The position numbers and the translations under genes were made by a program. 64,000 nt of DNA from Solirubrobacteraceae bacterium (lineage in GTDB: Bacteria > Actinomycetota > Thermoleophilia > Solirubrobacterales > Solirubrobacteraceae), in the NCBI GenBank assembly GCA_035566835.1, contig DATMQG010000039.1, positions 1,524-65,523 on the forward strand. The letters are read 5' to 3'. Positions within the stretch are counted from its first letter, which is position 1; each line of letters opens with the position of its first letter. Below the pieces are notes generated by a model that was given only the letters and a program-made list of their open reading frames with translations, did not search any database and was not told the origin of the DNA. Of the stretch, positions 28,350 to 37,203 are shown piece by piece.

Positions 28350-30125
28350 ATGCATGTCAACCGCGTGAGTTCGGTCCTTCCCCGAGGTGGTCGGGTCCGG
28401 CTCCCGACGCCCGCGCTGATCGACGTCACGATCGCGACGCTTGCCGTTCTGCTGATCGCCTCGCCGCTCCTGTTCACCAGCGACGGGTTTGTCGCCGACT
28501 TCACCAACGCCATCTGGCTCGCCGGCTATCAGCACCACGTGATCGCCGCGCATCTGCATCCGACGCTGTTCCTGCAGACACAGCAGGGTGGTGTGTTCTA
28601 TCCGATCTTCGCCTTCTATGGCGGAACGCTGTTCGCGCTCACCGGGGCGCTCGCCGTCGTTCTCGGGGGGTCGACGATCCTGGCGTTCGAAGCTGTGACG
28701 CTGGCCGCGATCGCGGCGGCCTATGGCGGGCTCTTTTGGCTCGCTCGGCAGTTGGGTGTGAAAGGAGTGCTTGCCCACGCGCCGGCGCTCGTGTTCGTGA
28801 CGAGCGCCTACTACGTCACGGACCTCTACGGACGGGGAGCATGGGAGGAGTTCATCGCCGTCTCAATGTTGCCGCTCGTGCTCGCCGCGTCGCTGCGTCT
28901 GGTGCGCGGTCGCTTGAGCGTCGTGCCGGTCGCGTGCCTGGTGGCGGCGAGTGCGGTGTTCAGCGGCAGCCACAACATCACGCTCCTGTGGGGCTCGACG
29001 GTGGCACTTGTGGCGCTCGTCGTGTATTGGCTGGTGAGCGGGCGCTCGCGCGAGCTGCCGTGGGGGCGGATGCTCGGCGTCGCTTCGCTGATCGCGCTCG
29101 GCGTCGGCCTGAACGGCTGGTTTTTGCTCCCCGACATCAGTTACGCACACGACACGATCGTCAGCGCTCGCGACATCGCGTGGAGCGCGACGGCGTTCTT
29201 CAACACGTTCGGGGTGATCTTCGACCCGTTGCGAACGGTGCCGAGCGAATCGGGGACTCCGGCGCTCTACGTTCAGGCTCCGGTGCTGGCGCTCGTCTGG
29301 GGCCTCCTCGCGGCGCCGCTCGCGTGGCGCTATCGGCGTTTGCGGGCCGGCGTGGCAACGGCGCTGATCGTGCTTGCGGGCCTGCTCGTGGTGATCATGT
29401 CCTCGGGTGCGTGGTCACTGCTTCCAACCGCTTTTCAGCGGGCCCAGTTCGCCTACCGCCTGCAGACCTACGTGACCCTGGCCTGCGCGGGGCTCGTCCT
29501 CGTGGGGGCGCTGGCGCTCACGCGCCGGGCCCAGAGCGGCCGCGCCACACGGTTAGACCACGCCCTCGAGCTCGGGTTGGGGGTCGCTGTCGCGTTCGGG
29601 GTGGCGCTGTCCGCGTGGCAGCTCTGGGTTCCGAACACACACGTGCACGAAGGCCACTTCTCGTCCTATTCAAACCGAGCCGACGCCCTGCGCGGCCCGC
29701 AGACGCTCCTACCCCAATCGTGGTACGCGGGGAACGACTACGGCGATCGCAGCCTTCCGGCCCTTGCCACGACGGCCCAGTTCACGTTCGACCCGACGCA
29801 GCTCGATGACAATCGGCTCGCCGCCCGGGTCTTGTTTCCCGCGGGCGTTCAGCCTTTTGCCACGAACATCGCCGGTGGTCCTTACCTGGTCCATGTCGGC
29901 GGAGGCGCGCGCGTGGTCGGGCGGACCGAAGAAGGCAACCTCGTGCTCCAACGCACCACGGACGGATCCCAGCGCGTCCCCGTCGAACTACGGGCCCAGC
30001 TCAGCGCGCCCGTTGTGCTTGGTCGGATCGCGACCGCCGTATCGGCTGCGCTCCTTTTGGCGTTGGCCCTAGCCGCTGTCATACGGCACCGGCGACGGCG
30101 CTCGGCAGCTCGCCCAACCGCATAG
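28350..30125 (+). CDS. GT-C-like membrane protein, paralogue B
   Basis: Collinear and highly similar to paralogue A over the full length. Confidence 0.75.
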   Translation: MHVNRVSSVLPRGGRVRLPTPALIDVTIATLAVLLIASPLLFTSDGFVADFTNAIWLAGYQHHVIAAHLHPTLFLQTQQGGVFYPIFAFYGGTLFALTGALAVVLGGSTILAFEAVTLAAIAAAYGGLFWLARQLGVKGVLAHAPALVFVTSAYYVTDLYGRGAWEEFIAVSMLPLVLAASLRLVRGRLSVVPVACLVAASAVFSGSHNITLLWGSTVALVALVVYWLVSGRSRELPWGRMLGVASLIALGVGLNGWFLLPDISYAHDTIVSARDIAWSATAFFNTFGVIFDPLRTVPSESGTPALYVQAPVLALVWGLLAAPLAWRYRRLRAGVATALIVLAGLLVVIMSSGAWSLLPTAFQRAQFAYRLQTYVTLACAGLVLVGALALTRRAQSGRATRLDHALELGLGVAVAFGVALSAWQLWVPNTHVHEGHFSSYSNRADALRGPQTLLPQSWYAGNDYGDRSLPALATTAQFTFDPTQLDDNRLAARVLFPAGVQPFATNIAGGPYLVHVGGGARVVGRTEEGNLVLQRTTDGSQRVPVELRAQLSAPVVLGRIATAVSAALLLALALAAVIRHRRRRSAARPTA

Positions 30126-30237
30126 ACCCGCCGGACGCGCGGACTCGCGCTCGAGGAGCACCACTGACCGGCCTGGCTGCTCGTCAAGACCGCGATCGTA
30201 AATGGGCGGTGGAGGGACTCTGGGTTCTTGACCCAGC

Positions 30238-30454
30238 TCACGCCCCCTTCGAATGGAGGAAGCGCCGGCCCCCGACCTTCGAGCGCCCCGCCTGTTTGCA
30301 TAACGAGAGCACCGAGCTGATCAGCTCCGCCAGCACGTCCTCGCGGCGGGCAAGGACGAACCACGCGAGATGATTGCTCTGCAACCACTCCTGTAACGAC
30401 ACCGGCACCGAAGGACGGCTGTTCACGATCGAACCTCAAGAACTTCACAGCCAC
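30238..30454 (-). mobile_element. Degraded IS1182-family transposase fragment
   Basis: MAVKFLRFDREQP in one frame and PVSLQEWLQSNHLAWFVLA...ELISSVLSLCKQAGRSKVG in another match recalled IS1182 N-terminal motifs; frameshifted and internally deleted. Confidence 0.65.
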
Positions 30455-30678
30455 GCTCCGAAGTGCCTTTCTTCATCGTTCGGACGGACTCGTGTAGAAG
30501 TCCGCCGAGTCGATCCTTCGCTTGACCTCACCAGCATGGATTCGCTGCACTACCGGCTGGGGCGAAACTCGCGGACTGAGCCAGGCCAGGCTTGACGGAG
30601 CCAAGCATCAGCGCAGCGCCAGCGCGCGGCCGGCGCGGACGACAGCGGCGGCGGAGCTCGCCGGCGATCGCTGGCGTC

Positions 30679-32475
30679 CTACGAGGTCGGGTGAGCTGCC
30701 GAGCGCCGTCGCTGGCGCCGCACGGCGGCGACTACAGCCAACGCCAAAAGGAGCGCAGCCGATAACGCCGTCGTGATCCGACCCAGCACCACGGGGGCGC
30801 TGGGCCGAGCTCTCAGTTCGACAGGGACGGGCTGGGATCCGTCCGTGGTGCGTTGGAGCACGAGGTTGCTGCCTTCCCAGCAGCCGGTGATGCACCCCTG
30901 CTGAGCGAAGGTCCGCCCGACGACGCGCACGCCTCCGCCGATATGGACCAGGTAGGGACCGCCGGCGATGTTCGTACTAAACGGCTGCAGGCCCGGGGGA
31001 ACCGAAACCGATTCGGCGAGCCGGTTGTCCTGCGCGTGCGTCGGGTCGAACGTGAACTGGGCCGTCGTGGGGACGACGGGAAGACTGCGATCGCCATAGT
31101 CGGTTCCCGCGTTCCACGATTCGGGGACGACGAGCGTCGAGACGCCGCTCAAGGCGCGCGCTCGGTTTGAGTAGGACGAGAAGTGGGGGTCGGATATGTG
31201 CGTGGTCGCAGCCCAGAGCTGCCACGCGCAGACCGCCACGCTGAACGCGACAACGAGCCCCAACCCGAACGCGAGAGGGCGATCTGCGCGCGTCGCGCGG
31301 CCGCTCTGGGCTCGGCGCGTGAGCGCGAGCGCGCCCACCAGGACCAGGCCCACGCACGCCAGCGTCACATAGGTCTGCAGCCGGTGCGGGAACTGGGCCC
31401 GCTGAAAGGGGGTTGGAAGCGAGGACCACGCACCCGAGGACATGATCAGCACTAGCAGGCCGGCAAGCACGATCAGTGCCGTTGCAACGCCGGCGCGCAA
31501 ACGCCGATAGCGCCAGGAGAGCGGCGCCGCGAGGAGGCCCCAGACGAGCGCCAGCACAGGAGCCTGAACGTAGAGTCCCGGCATCTCGGCTTCGCTTGGC
31601 CGCATTCGGAACGGGTCGAAGATTTCAGCAAAGGTGTCGTAGTCCCTCGTTGCGCTCCACGGGATGACGGTGCTGCTTATGTTCGCGTCGTGTGCGTAAC
31701 CGAGGTCGGGGAGCAAAAACCAGCCGTTCAGGCCGACGCCAAGCGCGATCAGAGAAGCGACAGCGAGCATCCGCCGCCACGGCAGCTCGCGCGAGCCCCC
31801 GCTCACCAGCCAGTACACGCCGAGCGCCACCACCGCCACCGTCGTGCCCCACAGGAGCGTGATGTTGTGGCTGCCGCTGAACACCGCACTCGCCGCCACC
31901 AGGCACGCGACCGGCCACACGCTCAAGCGACCGCGCACCAGACGCAGCGACGCCGCGAGCACGAGCGGCAACATTGAGACGGCCGTGAATTCTGCCCACG
32001 CTCCCTTTCCGTAGAGGTCGCTGATGTAGTAGGCGCTCGTCACGAACACGATCGCCGGCGCATGCGCCAGCACTCCGCGCACGCCAAGCTGCCGGGCGAG
32101 CCAGAACAGCCCGCCGTAGGCCGCCGCAATCGCGGCCAGGATCGCGGCTTCGAACGCCAGGGTCGTCGACCCTCCGAGAACCACGCCGAGCGCCCCGGTG
32201 AGCGCGAACAGCGTTCCGCCATAGAACGCGAACAACGGATAGAACACGCCGAGCCGCTGCGTCTGCAGGAACAGCGTCGGATGCAGATGGGCGGCGATCA
32301 CGTGCTGCTGATAGCCGGCGAGCCACAACTCGTTCGTGAAGTCGGGGGCAAACCCGTCGCTGGTGAGCAGCACCGGTGAGGCGATCAGCAGCACGGCAAG
32401 CGTCGCGATCGTGACGTCGATTAGCGCGGGCGTCGGGATCCGGACCCGAGCGCCTCGAGAAAGGACCGAACTCAC
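30679..32475 (-). CDS. GT-C-like membrane protein, paralogue C
   Basis: Same motifs as A and B; unique CITGC insertion near the C-terminus. Confidence 0.75.
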   Translation of the reverse strand: MSSVLSRGARVRIPTPALIDVTIATLAVLLIASPVLLTSDGFAPDFTNELWLAGYQQHVIAAHLHPTLFLQTQRLGVFYPLFAFYGGTLFALTGALGVVLGGSTTLAFEAAILAAIAAAYGGLFWLARQLGVRGVLAHAPAIVFVTSAYYISDLYGKGAWAEFTAVSMLPLVLAASLRLVRGRLSVWPVACLVAASAVFSGSHNITLLWGTTVAVVALGVYWLVSGGSRELPWRRMLAVASLIALGVGLNGWFLLPDLGYAHDANISSTVIPWSATRDYDTFAEIFDPFRMRPSEAEMPGLYVQAPVLALVWGLLAAPLSWRYRRLRAGVATALIVLAGLLVLIMSSGAWSSLPTPFQRAQFPHRLQTYVTLACVGLVLVGALALTRRAQSGRATRADRPLAFGLGLVVAFSVAVCAWQLWAATTHISDPHFSSYSNRARALSGVSTLVVPESWNAGTDYGDRSLPVVPTTAQFTFDPTHAQDNRLAESVSVPPGLQPFSTNIAGGPYLVHIGGGVRVVGRTFAQQGCITGCWEGSNLVLQRTTDGSQPVPVELRARPSAPVVLGRITTALSAALLLALAVVAAVRRQRRRSAAHPTS

Positions 32476-32713
32476 GCGGTCGCGCTCGTGCCGCAGCCAG
32501 TCAGCATGTTGACCCGGGCGACCGGGATTGGTGCCTAACGACCAACAATTGATTCGCTCGGCGCACGATGCGGACCCTACCTGGTCGGCTGCCTACCCGC
32601 CGAGGTTGTAGGTCTCAGCGGGCGATCGACGACGAGCGCCGCGCAAACCATGACGACCGCTCCGACGCGCGCTGTTAGCACGATTCCCGGGACTGACGCG
32701 ATCGCCGGCGACG

Positions 32714-32783
32714 TGGACCTGGTGGGAATCGAACCCACTCCGTTGGGGCTAAAAACCCGCTTGGCGCCAACCTGGCCAGGTCC
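32714..32783 (-). ncRNA. tRNA-like element / pseudo-tRNA (nominal anticodon TTT)
   Basis: Perfect acceptor GGACCTG/CAGGTCC+A, perfect T arm GTGGG-TTCGATT-CCCAC, weak anticodon arm, non-canonical D region; TAGCGT -10 at 32793-32798. Confidence 0.7.
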
Positions 32784-32810
32784 CTGGTTGAAACGCTACC
32801 CGGTTCAGGA

Positions 32811-33119
32811 TCAGAGCGCCCGAGGGGTCGAGCGGCGCCGGTGCAGCCCGTTGCTCACGATAGAGCGCCTGAACGCGCGCGCCGCCTGGGCGGTAGATCG
32901 CGTCCACCGCGCCCCAGTCGGCCGCCGTCGAGGAGCTGTCCGGCCGCCGAGGTTGTAGTCCTCGCGGCCCAGGAAGGCCAACGGCTGGCCGCACTCGCAG
33001 ACGATCTCACGGCGAATGCTCCCCTCCTCGAACGTCAGCCGCCCGCTCGCCCTGCCGTCGTGATTGCAGAGCGCAGGCGCAGCGACGCCGAGATCGCTCG
33101 GATCGGCGAGGGTCACCAT
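32811..33119 (-). CDS. Small hypothetical protein with CxH...CxC motif and Arg-rich tail
   Basis: LCNHDG...IVCECGQPL; start uncertain (33119 or 33149). Confidence 0.5.
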   Translation of the reverse strand: MVTLADPSDLGVAAPALCNHDGRASGRLTFEEGSIRREIVCECGQPLAFLGREDYNLGGRTAPRRRPTGARWTRSTAQAARAFRRSIVSNGLHRRRSTPRAL

Positions 33120-33167
33120 ACCTGGAAGGTTCGACAGGCCCCTAGGCACTCCTACCGCGAGCGTGGC

Positions 33168-33518
33168 TCAGCTCAAAAGCTCTGAGTCGTGTTCCTCGAA
33201 GATCCGTGCCCAGTCGGTGCGATCCCCGGCGTGCAGGGTCTCGATCAGCCGATGGATCCTCGGCGTCATCACGAGCAGATAGCGGGCGTGCTCGGAGGCC
33301 GGATTCCAGTAGGAGTGCGGCGTTCCCCTCGACACGAGTAGCGAGTCACCGGCGAGCACCTCGCGCTCCTCCTCGCCGACGCGAAAGCCGAGCCGGCCCT
33401 CGAGGACGATCCAGGCCTCGTCATCGGAGCGGTGCAGGTGCAGGCCGGCGATCGGACGGCCGGGATGGGTGCCCGGGTCGGCCCAATCCGCGATCACGAA
33501 CGAGTCACAGACGATCAC
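33168..33518 (-). CDS. Cupin domain protein
   Basis: HLHRSDDEAWIVLEG...GTPHSYWN. Confidence 0.85.
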   Translation of the reverse strand: MIVCDSFVIADWADPGTHPGRPIAGLHLHRSDDEAWIVLEGRLGFRVGEEEREVLAGDSLLVSRGTPHSYWNPASEHARYLLVMTPRIHRLIETLHAGDRTDWARIFEEHDSELLS

Positions 33519-33528
33519 GGCGCCGGAC

Positions 33529-34491
33529 TCACCCGCCGTTGTACGAGCTCGGCGCCGCCGGAGCTTCGCGAGTGCTCGCCACCTGGGCCAAGAGCGCCTG
33601 GCCGCTCGTGCCGCCGAGCACGCGCAGGCGGGGGAGTCGGTCGACGTCCTCCGACGGGCTCGCCCAGCCGGGCACCACGGTCGTGGAGCCCGCGTAGCCG
33701 GCGCCTCTCACGGCGGCGATCACGGTCGAATCGTAGTGGCCCGACGGGTAGCAGAACCAGTTGACCGGGACGTGGTAGCGGCGCTGCAACACGCCGCGCG
33801 TGACCGCGACCTCATAGTGCAGCTGTTCGGCGCCGAGCCTGATCAGATCGGCGTGGCTGAAGCCCTGCGTATCCAGCTCCCAGCCGGCGGCGATCAGGCC
33901 GCGGACCTCTGCTTCCCCGAGACCACCCTGCGACGGCGGCAGGCCCGACAGTTGGATGTTCTCGTCGCCCACCCACCCGAGCCGCTGTAGGACCGGGAAT
34001 GCCTGCGTGAACTGCGACTGGTAGCCGTTGTCGAACGTGAGCACGATCGGCTTGCCTGCTCCCAGCGACGCGCCGCGGCGCCAGTTCGCCGCGACCTGGT
34101 CGAGCGTGACGGCGTGCCAACCCGCGTTCTTCAGGGCCTGCATCTGTTCGGCGAACTCCGCTGGCGGCACGTAGAGACCGGGAAACGGGGCGCCCGGCGG
34201 AGGTGCGGCAATCACGTGGTACATCAGGATCGGGACCGCCGTCTTTCCCGGCCGCCCGCCCGAGCTGGCGCTCGGCGTGCTCGCGGAATGCCCAGCCGCT
34301 TGTCGCCCGTCGGCGCTGCTGGCTGAGCTCGTCGCGGGGGGGCTTTTTTTGCGCGTTGCGCCACCAGAGATCGCGACGATCGCGGCCACGGCGATCGCGC
34401 AGGCTCCGATCAGGCCGAAGACCTGGGCGCGGCGGCGGCGAAGCGCCCGCCGCCGGGCCTCACGACGCTCGCGAAGAGCCTCAGCGTCCAT
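33529..34491 (-). CDS. Membrane-anchored polysaccharide deacetylase-like protein (IcaB/PgaB-type CE4) with altered metal ligands
   Basis: PILMYH, TFDNGY, ELDTQGFSH, FCYPSG, LPRLRV. Confidence 0.85.
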   Translation of the reverse strand: MDAEALRERREARRRALRRRRAQVFGLIGACAIAVAAIVAISGGATRKKSPPATSSASSADGRQAAGHSASTPSASSGGRPGKTAVPILMYHVIAAPPPGAPFPGLYVPPAEFAEQMQALKNAGWHAVTLDQVAANWRRGASLGAGKPIVLTFDNGYQSQFTQAFPVLQRLGWVGDENIQLSGLPPSQGGLGEAEVRGLIAAGWELDTQGFSHADLIRLGAEQLHYEVAVTRGVLQRRYHVPVNWFCYPSGHYDSTVIAAVRGAGYAGSTTVVPGWASPSEDVDRLPRLRVLGGTSGQALLAQVASTREAPAAPSSYNGG

Positions 34492-34560
34492 GTGGATCGC
34501 GGCCTGAGCGGCCCTCGCGCAACCCGTGCATACCGGCGCAGAGGATAGCCCCTGCACAGG

Positions 34561-34594
34561 ATGAGACAGCGTCTTTTATGAGACTGAGTCCCGT
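34561..34594. promoter_or_regulatory. Tandem candidate Fur/Zur-type boxes
   Basis: atgagacagcgtctttt and atgagactgagtcccgt, 17-bp period, each an imperfect GAGAC-N3-GTCtc palindrome, upstream of the metal-binding protein gene. Confidence 0.5.
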
Positions 34595-34682
34595 CTTTGA
34601 TAGGCTGGCGTCGCGCTTCCGGATCGCGACACGCCCGGGTCCGTGGCGTAGCCGCAACCCCAGGCAAGGTGAGCTACCCCTG

Positions 34683-35636
34683 ATGAAAGGCGCGAAGCAA
34701 TTGTCGAGATCGGCTATCAGATTCATCCTCGTCGGGCTGGCCCTCGCGGGCGCGGGTGGCGCCACAGCTTGCGGCCGTTCGGGCTCGACTGCCCCCGGTG
34801 CCGGCTCCGGCGCTGCGAGCAAGCTCCAGGTTGTGGCGGCGGAGAACTTCTGGGGCAGCATCGCTTCCCAGCTCGCCGGGGGAAGGGCATCGGTGCGGAG
34901 CATCATCGTCAGCCCGAGCGCCGACCCCCACACCTATGAGCCAAGCGCACAGGATGCGCGCCTGATGGTCGGCTCCAACATGGCGATCGTCAACGGCCTC
35001 GGCTACGACAACTGGTCCTCGCAACTGCTGCAGGCCAATCCTCAGTCCGGCAGGGTCGTCTTGAACGTGGGCGAAGTACTGGGCCTCCAGACCGGCGCCA
35101 ACCAACATCGCTGGTACTTCCCGTCGAACGTCTACACGGTGATCGATCGGATCACCGCGGGATACCAGAAGCTCGATCCCGGCGACGCAGCGTTCTTCGC
35201 CCAGCGCAAGCAGAGCTTCGAGACGCAGGCGCTCGCCCGCTACAACGCGCTGCGGCGGGAAATCCGGGCGCGTTATGCCGGTGTCCCGGTGGGCTACAGC
35301 GAGAGCATCTTCCAGGGTCTCGGAGAAGATCTCGGGCTCAAGCTACTTACCCCCTACAGCTTCGCGAAGGCGATCGCCGAGGGCACCGACGTGACCGCCC
35401 AGGACAAGCAGACCGTCGACGCGCAGGCACGCGAAGGACTGATCAAGGTCTGGATCTTCAACAGCCAGAACGTCACGCCCGACGTCCAGCGCGTGAGCCA
35501 GATCGCGCGCGAACGTCACATCCCGATTGCGACGGTGACAGAGACGCTCTCGCCCGCCTCCGACAGCTTCCAGCAGTGGCAGGTTGCCCAACTCGAAGGT
35601 CTCATGCAGGCGCTGCACAGCGCCACAGGCAGGTAG
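34683..35636 (+). CDS. Zn/Mn ABC transporter substrate-binding lipoprotein (ZnuA family)
   Basis: Lipobox ATAC, AAENFWG, DPHTYEP, NGLGYD, NQHRWY, VTETL. Confidence 0.9.
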   Translation: MKGAKQLSRSAIRFILVGLALAGAGGATACGRSGSTAPGAGSGAASKLQVVAAENFWGSIASQLAGGRASVRSIIVSPSADPHTYEPSAQDARLMVGSNMAIVNGLGYDNWSSQLLQANPQSGRVVLNVGEVLGLQTGANQHRWYFPSNVYTVIDRITAGYQKLDPGDAAFFAQRKQSFETQALARYNALRREIRARYAGVPVGYSESIFQGLGEDLGLKLLTPYSFAKAIAEGTDVTAQDKQTVDAQAREGLIKVWIFNSQNVTPDVQRVSQIARERHIPIATVTETLSPASDSFQQWQVAQLEGLMQALHSATGR

Positions 35637-35667
35637 GAGCGCGACCCACGCTCCTACAATCAGGCGA

Positions 35668-36120
35668 GTGAACCCGACCCCGCAGCTCTCCCGGTGGGCC
35701 GAGCGCGCAGCGCAGGCGCTCAGCGACGCCGGCTACAGGCGCGGGGGAGCAAGGCGGGCGATCCTGGAACTGCTCGACGAGCAGTCATGCGCCCTCTCGG
35801 CGCTCGAGATTCAGGCGGCGCTCTCGCGACGAAGTCGCGACGTGTCGCGTTCGAGCGTGTATCGGGTCATGGAGGAGCTCGCGGAGATCGGCCTCGTCCA
35901 GCGCGTCGAGCTCGGCCAGGGGACCGTTCGCTACGAGGCCGTGCGGGGGGAGCCAGGCCATCACCACCACCTCGTGTGCGACGACTGCGGGCGCCTGCAG
36001 CCCTTTACCGACGACGGGCTCGAGCGTGCGATACGCCGTCTGAGCGGCCGCGTGCCGCTGCGCGTCTCCGAGCACGAGATCGTGATCCACGGCTCGTGCG
36101 ACACGTGCGCTGCCGCGTGA
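35668..36120 (+). CDS. Fur family regulator (Zur-like)
   Basis: SSVYR, HHHHLVCDDC, GSCDTC; TACAAT 7 nt upstream of GTG. Confidence 0.9.
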   Translation: MNPTPQLSRWAERAAQALSDAGYRRGGARRAILELLDEQSCALSALEIQAALSRRSRDVSRSSVYRVMEELAEIGLVQRVELGQGTVRYEAVRGEPGHHHHLVCDDCGRLQPFTDDGLERAIRRLSGRVPLRVSEHEIVIHGSCDTCAAA

Positions 36121-36153
36121 GCTCGGCGACCGATCGAGACACTTTTCTGCTGA

Positions 36154-37128
36154 TCAGTCGCCGCTCAATTGCGGGGGCAGCGGCAAGCCGGCCGGCGGGG
36201 GATCCTTGATCAGCAGCTCCGGAACGGTGACGAGGCGGTAGCCGCGCGCGCGCAGCCGCGTGATGATCTGAGGGAGCGCGGCGACCGTCTGCGCGCGATT
36301 GCCGCCGCCGTCGTGCATCAGCAGGATGGCGCCGGGCTGCGCCCCGGCCAGCGCGCGCTGGACGATCGTGGAGACGCCCGGCTGCAGGTAGTCCTGCGTG
36401 TCGGCCGACCACAGGACCATCAGCAGGTGCAGCGCGTGCAGTTCGCGCATCGTCGTCGCGTTGTAGGAGCCGTACGGCGGGCGGAACAGCTTCGGGCGGT
36501 CACCGCCGAGGACTTCGATACGGACCAGTGGTTCGAACAGCTGTTCGCGCTGATCGTGGGCGGAGAGCAGCGCAAGCATCGGATGCGACTGGGTGTGATC
36601 GCCGACCACGTCGCCGTCGTGGAGCTCACGGACGGTCGATGCGCTGAAGTAGCGCTCCATCTTGCCGATCGCGAAGAACGTCGCCTGGACGTGCAAGCGC
36701 TCGAGCACATCGAGGATTTCCGGCGTGTACGGGCCGGGTCCGTCGTCGAAGCTCAGCGCGATGTCTCGGACCCGTCCGGTACCCTCGCGGACGAACGGCG
36801 TGTAGGCGAGGACGCGGCTCACGGCGGCGTTGCCTTCCGCCTCGGGATCGCGCGGCGTCACAGGACCCGCCGCGCCGGTGCGTGCGGTGCCGGGGCTGGC
36901 GCTCGACTTCGGGGTGCGGTGGCTCGAGCCGCTCAGCGCGACCGCCAGCACGACAACGAGAACCAGGAGAAGCAGGGCGGCTGCGGTCCTGCGACGCCGC
37001 ACGTGCGCAAGGCTGACGCGGCCGCGGCTCGGGGCGCCGAGGGCGGGAGCGGAGGGGGGGTGATCCGCGGCGCGAGGAGGGGCCGCGGCCTGCTCGTCCT
37101 CGAAGTCCCATTTCCAGCGTGGGCTCAT
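36154..37128 (-). CDS. Membrane-anchored polysaccharide/peptidoglycan deacetylase (NodB/PgdA-like)
   Basis: SFDDGP, DHTQSH, FRPPYG, DTQDY, LMHDGGG. Confidence 0.92.
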   Translation of the reverse strand: MSPRWKWDFEDEQAAAPPRAADHPPSAPALGAPSRGRVSLAHVRRRRTAAALLLLVLVVVLAVALSGSSHRTPKSSASPGTARTGAAGPVTPRDPEAEGNAAVSRVLAYTPFVREGTGRVRDIALSFDDGPGPYTPEILDVLERLHVQATFFAIGKMERYFSASTVRELHDGDVVGDHTQSHPMLALLSAHDQREQLFEPLVRIEVLGGDRPKLFRPPYGSYNATTMRELHALHLLMVLWSADTQDYLQPGVSTIVQRALAGAQPGAILLMHDGGGNRAQTVAALPQIITRLRARGYRLVTVPELLIKDPPPAGLPLPPQLSGD

Positions 37129-37203
37129 CAGCGGATGCTAACCCGCTGGCATGCGAGATCCCGCCGACGCCCTCGCATCCTCCGGGTCCGCAGCGGGGAG
37201 GTG

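Noticed and set aside
26260-32700. Prophage or integrative element at tRNA-Gly
   Set aside because: No integrase, phage genes or recognisable att repeat were seen, so only island-like context is claimed.
32714-32783. tmRNA 3' end or an attR copy of tRNA-Gly
   Set aside because: Both acceptor strands lie within 70 nt, there is no G3-U70 pair or tag ORF, and the sequence differs from the tRNA-Gly 3' end.
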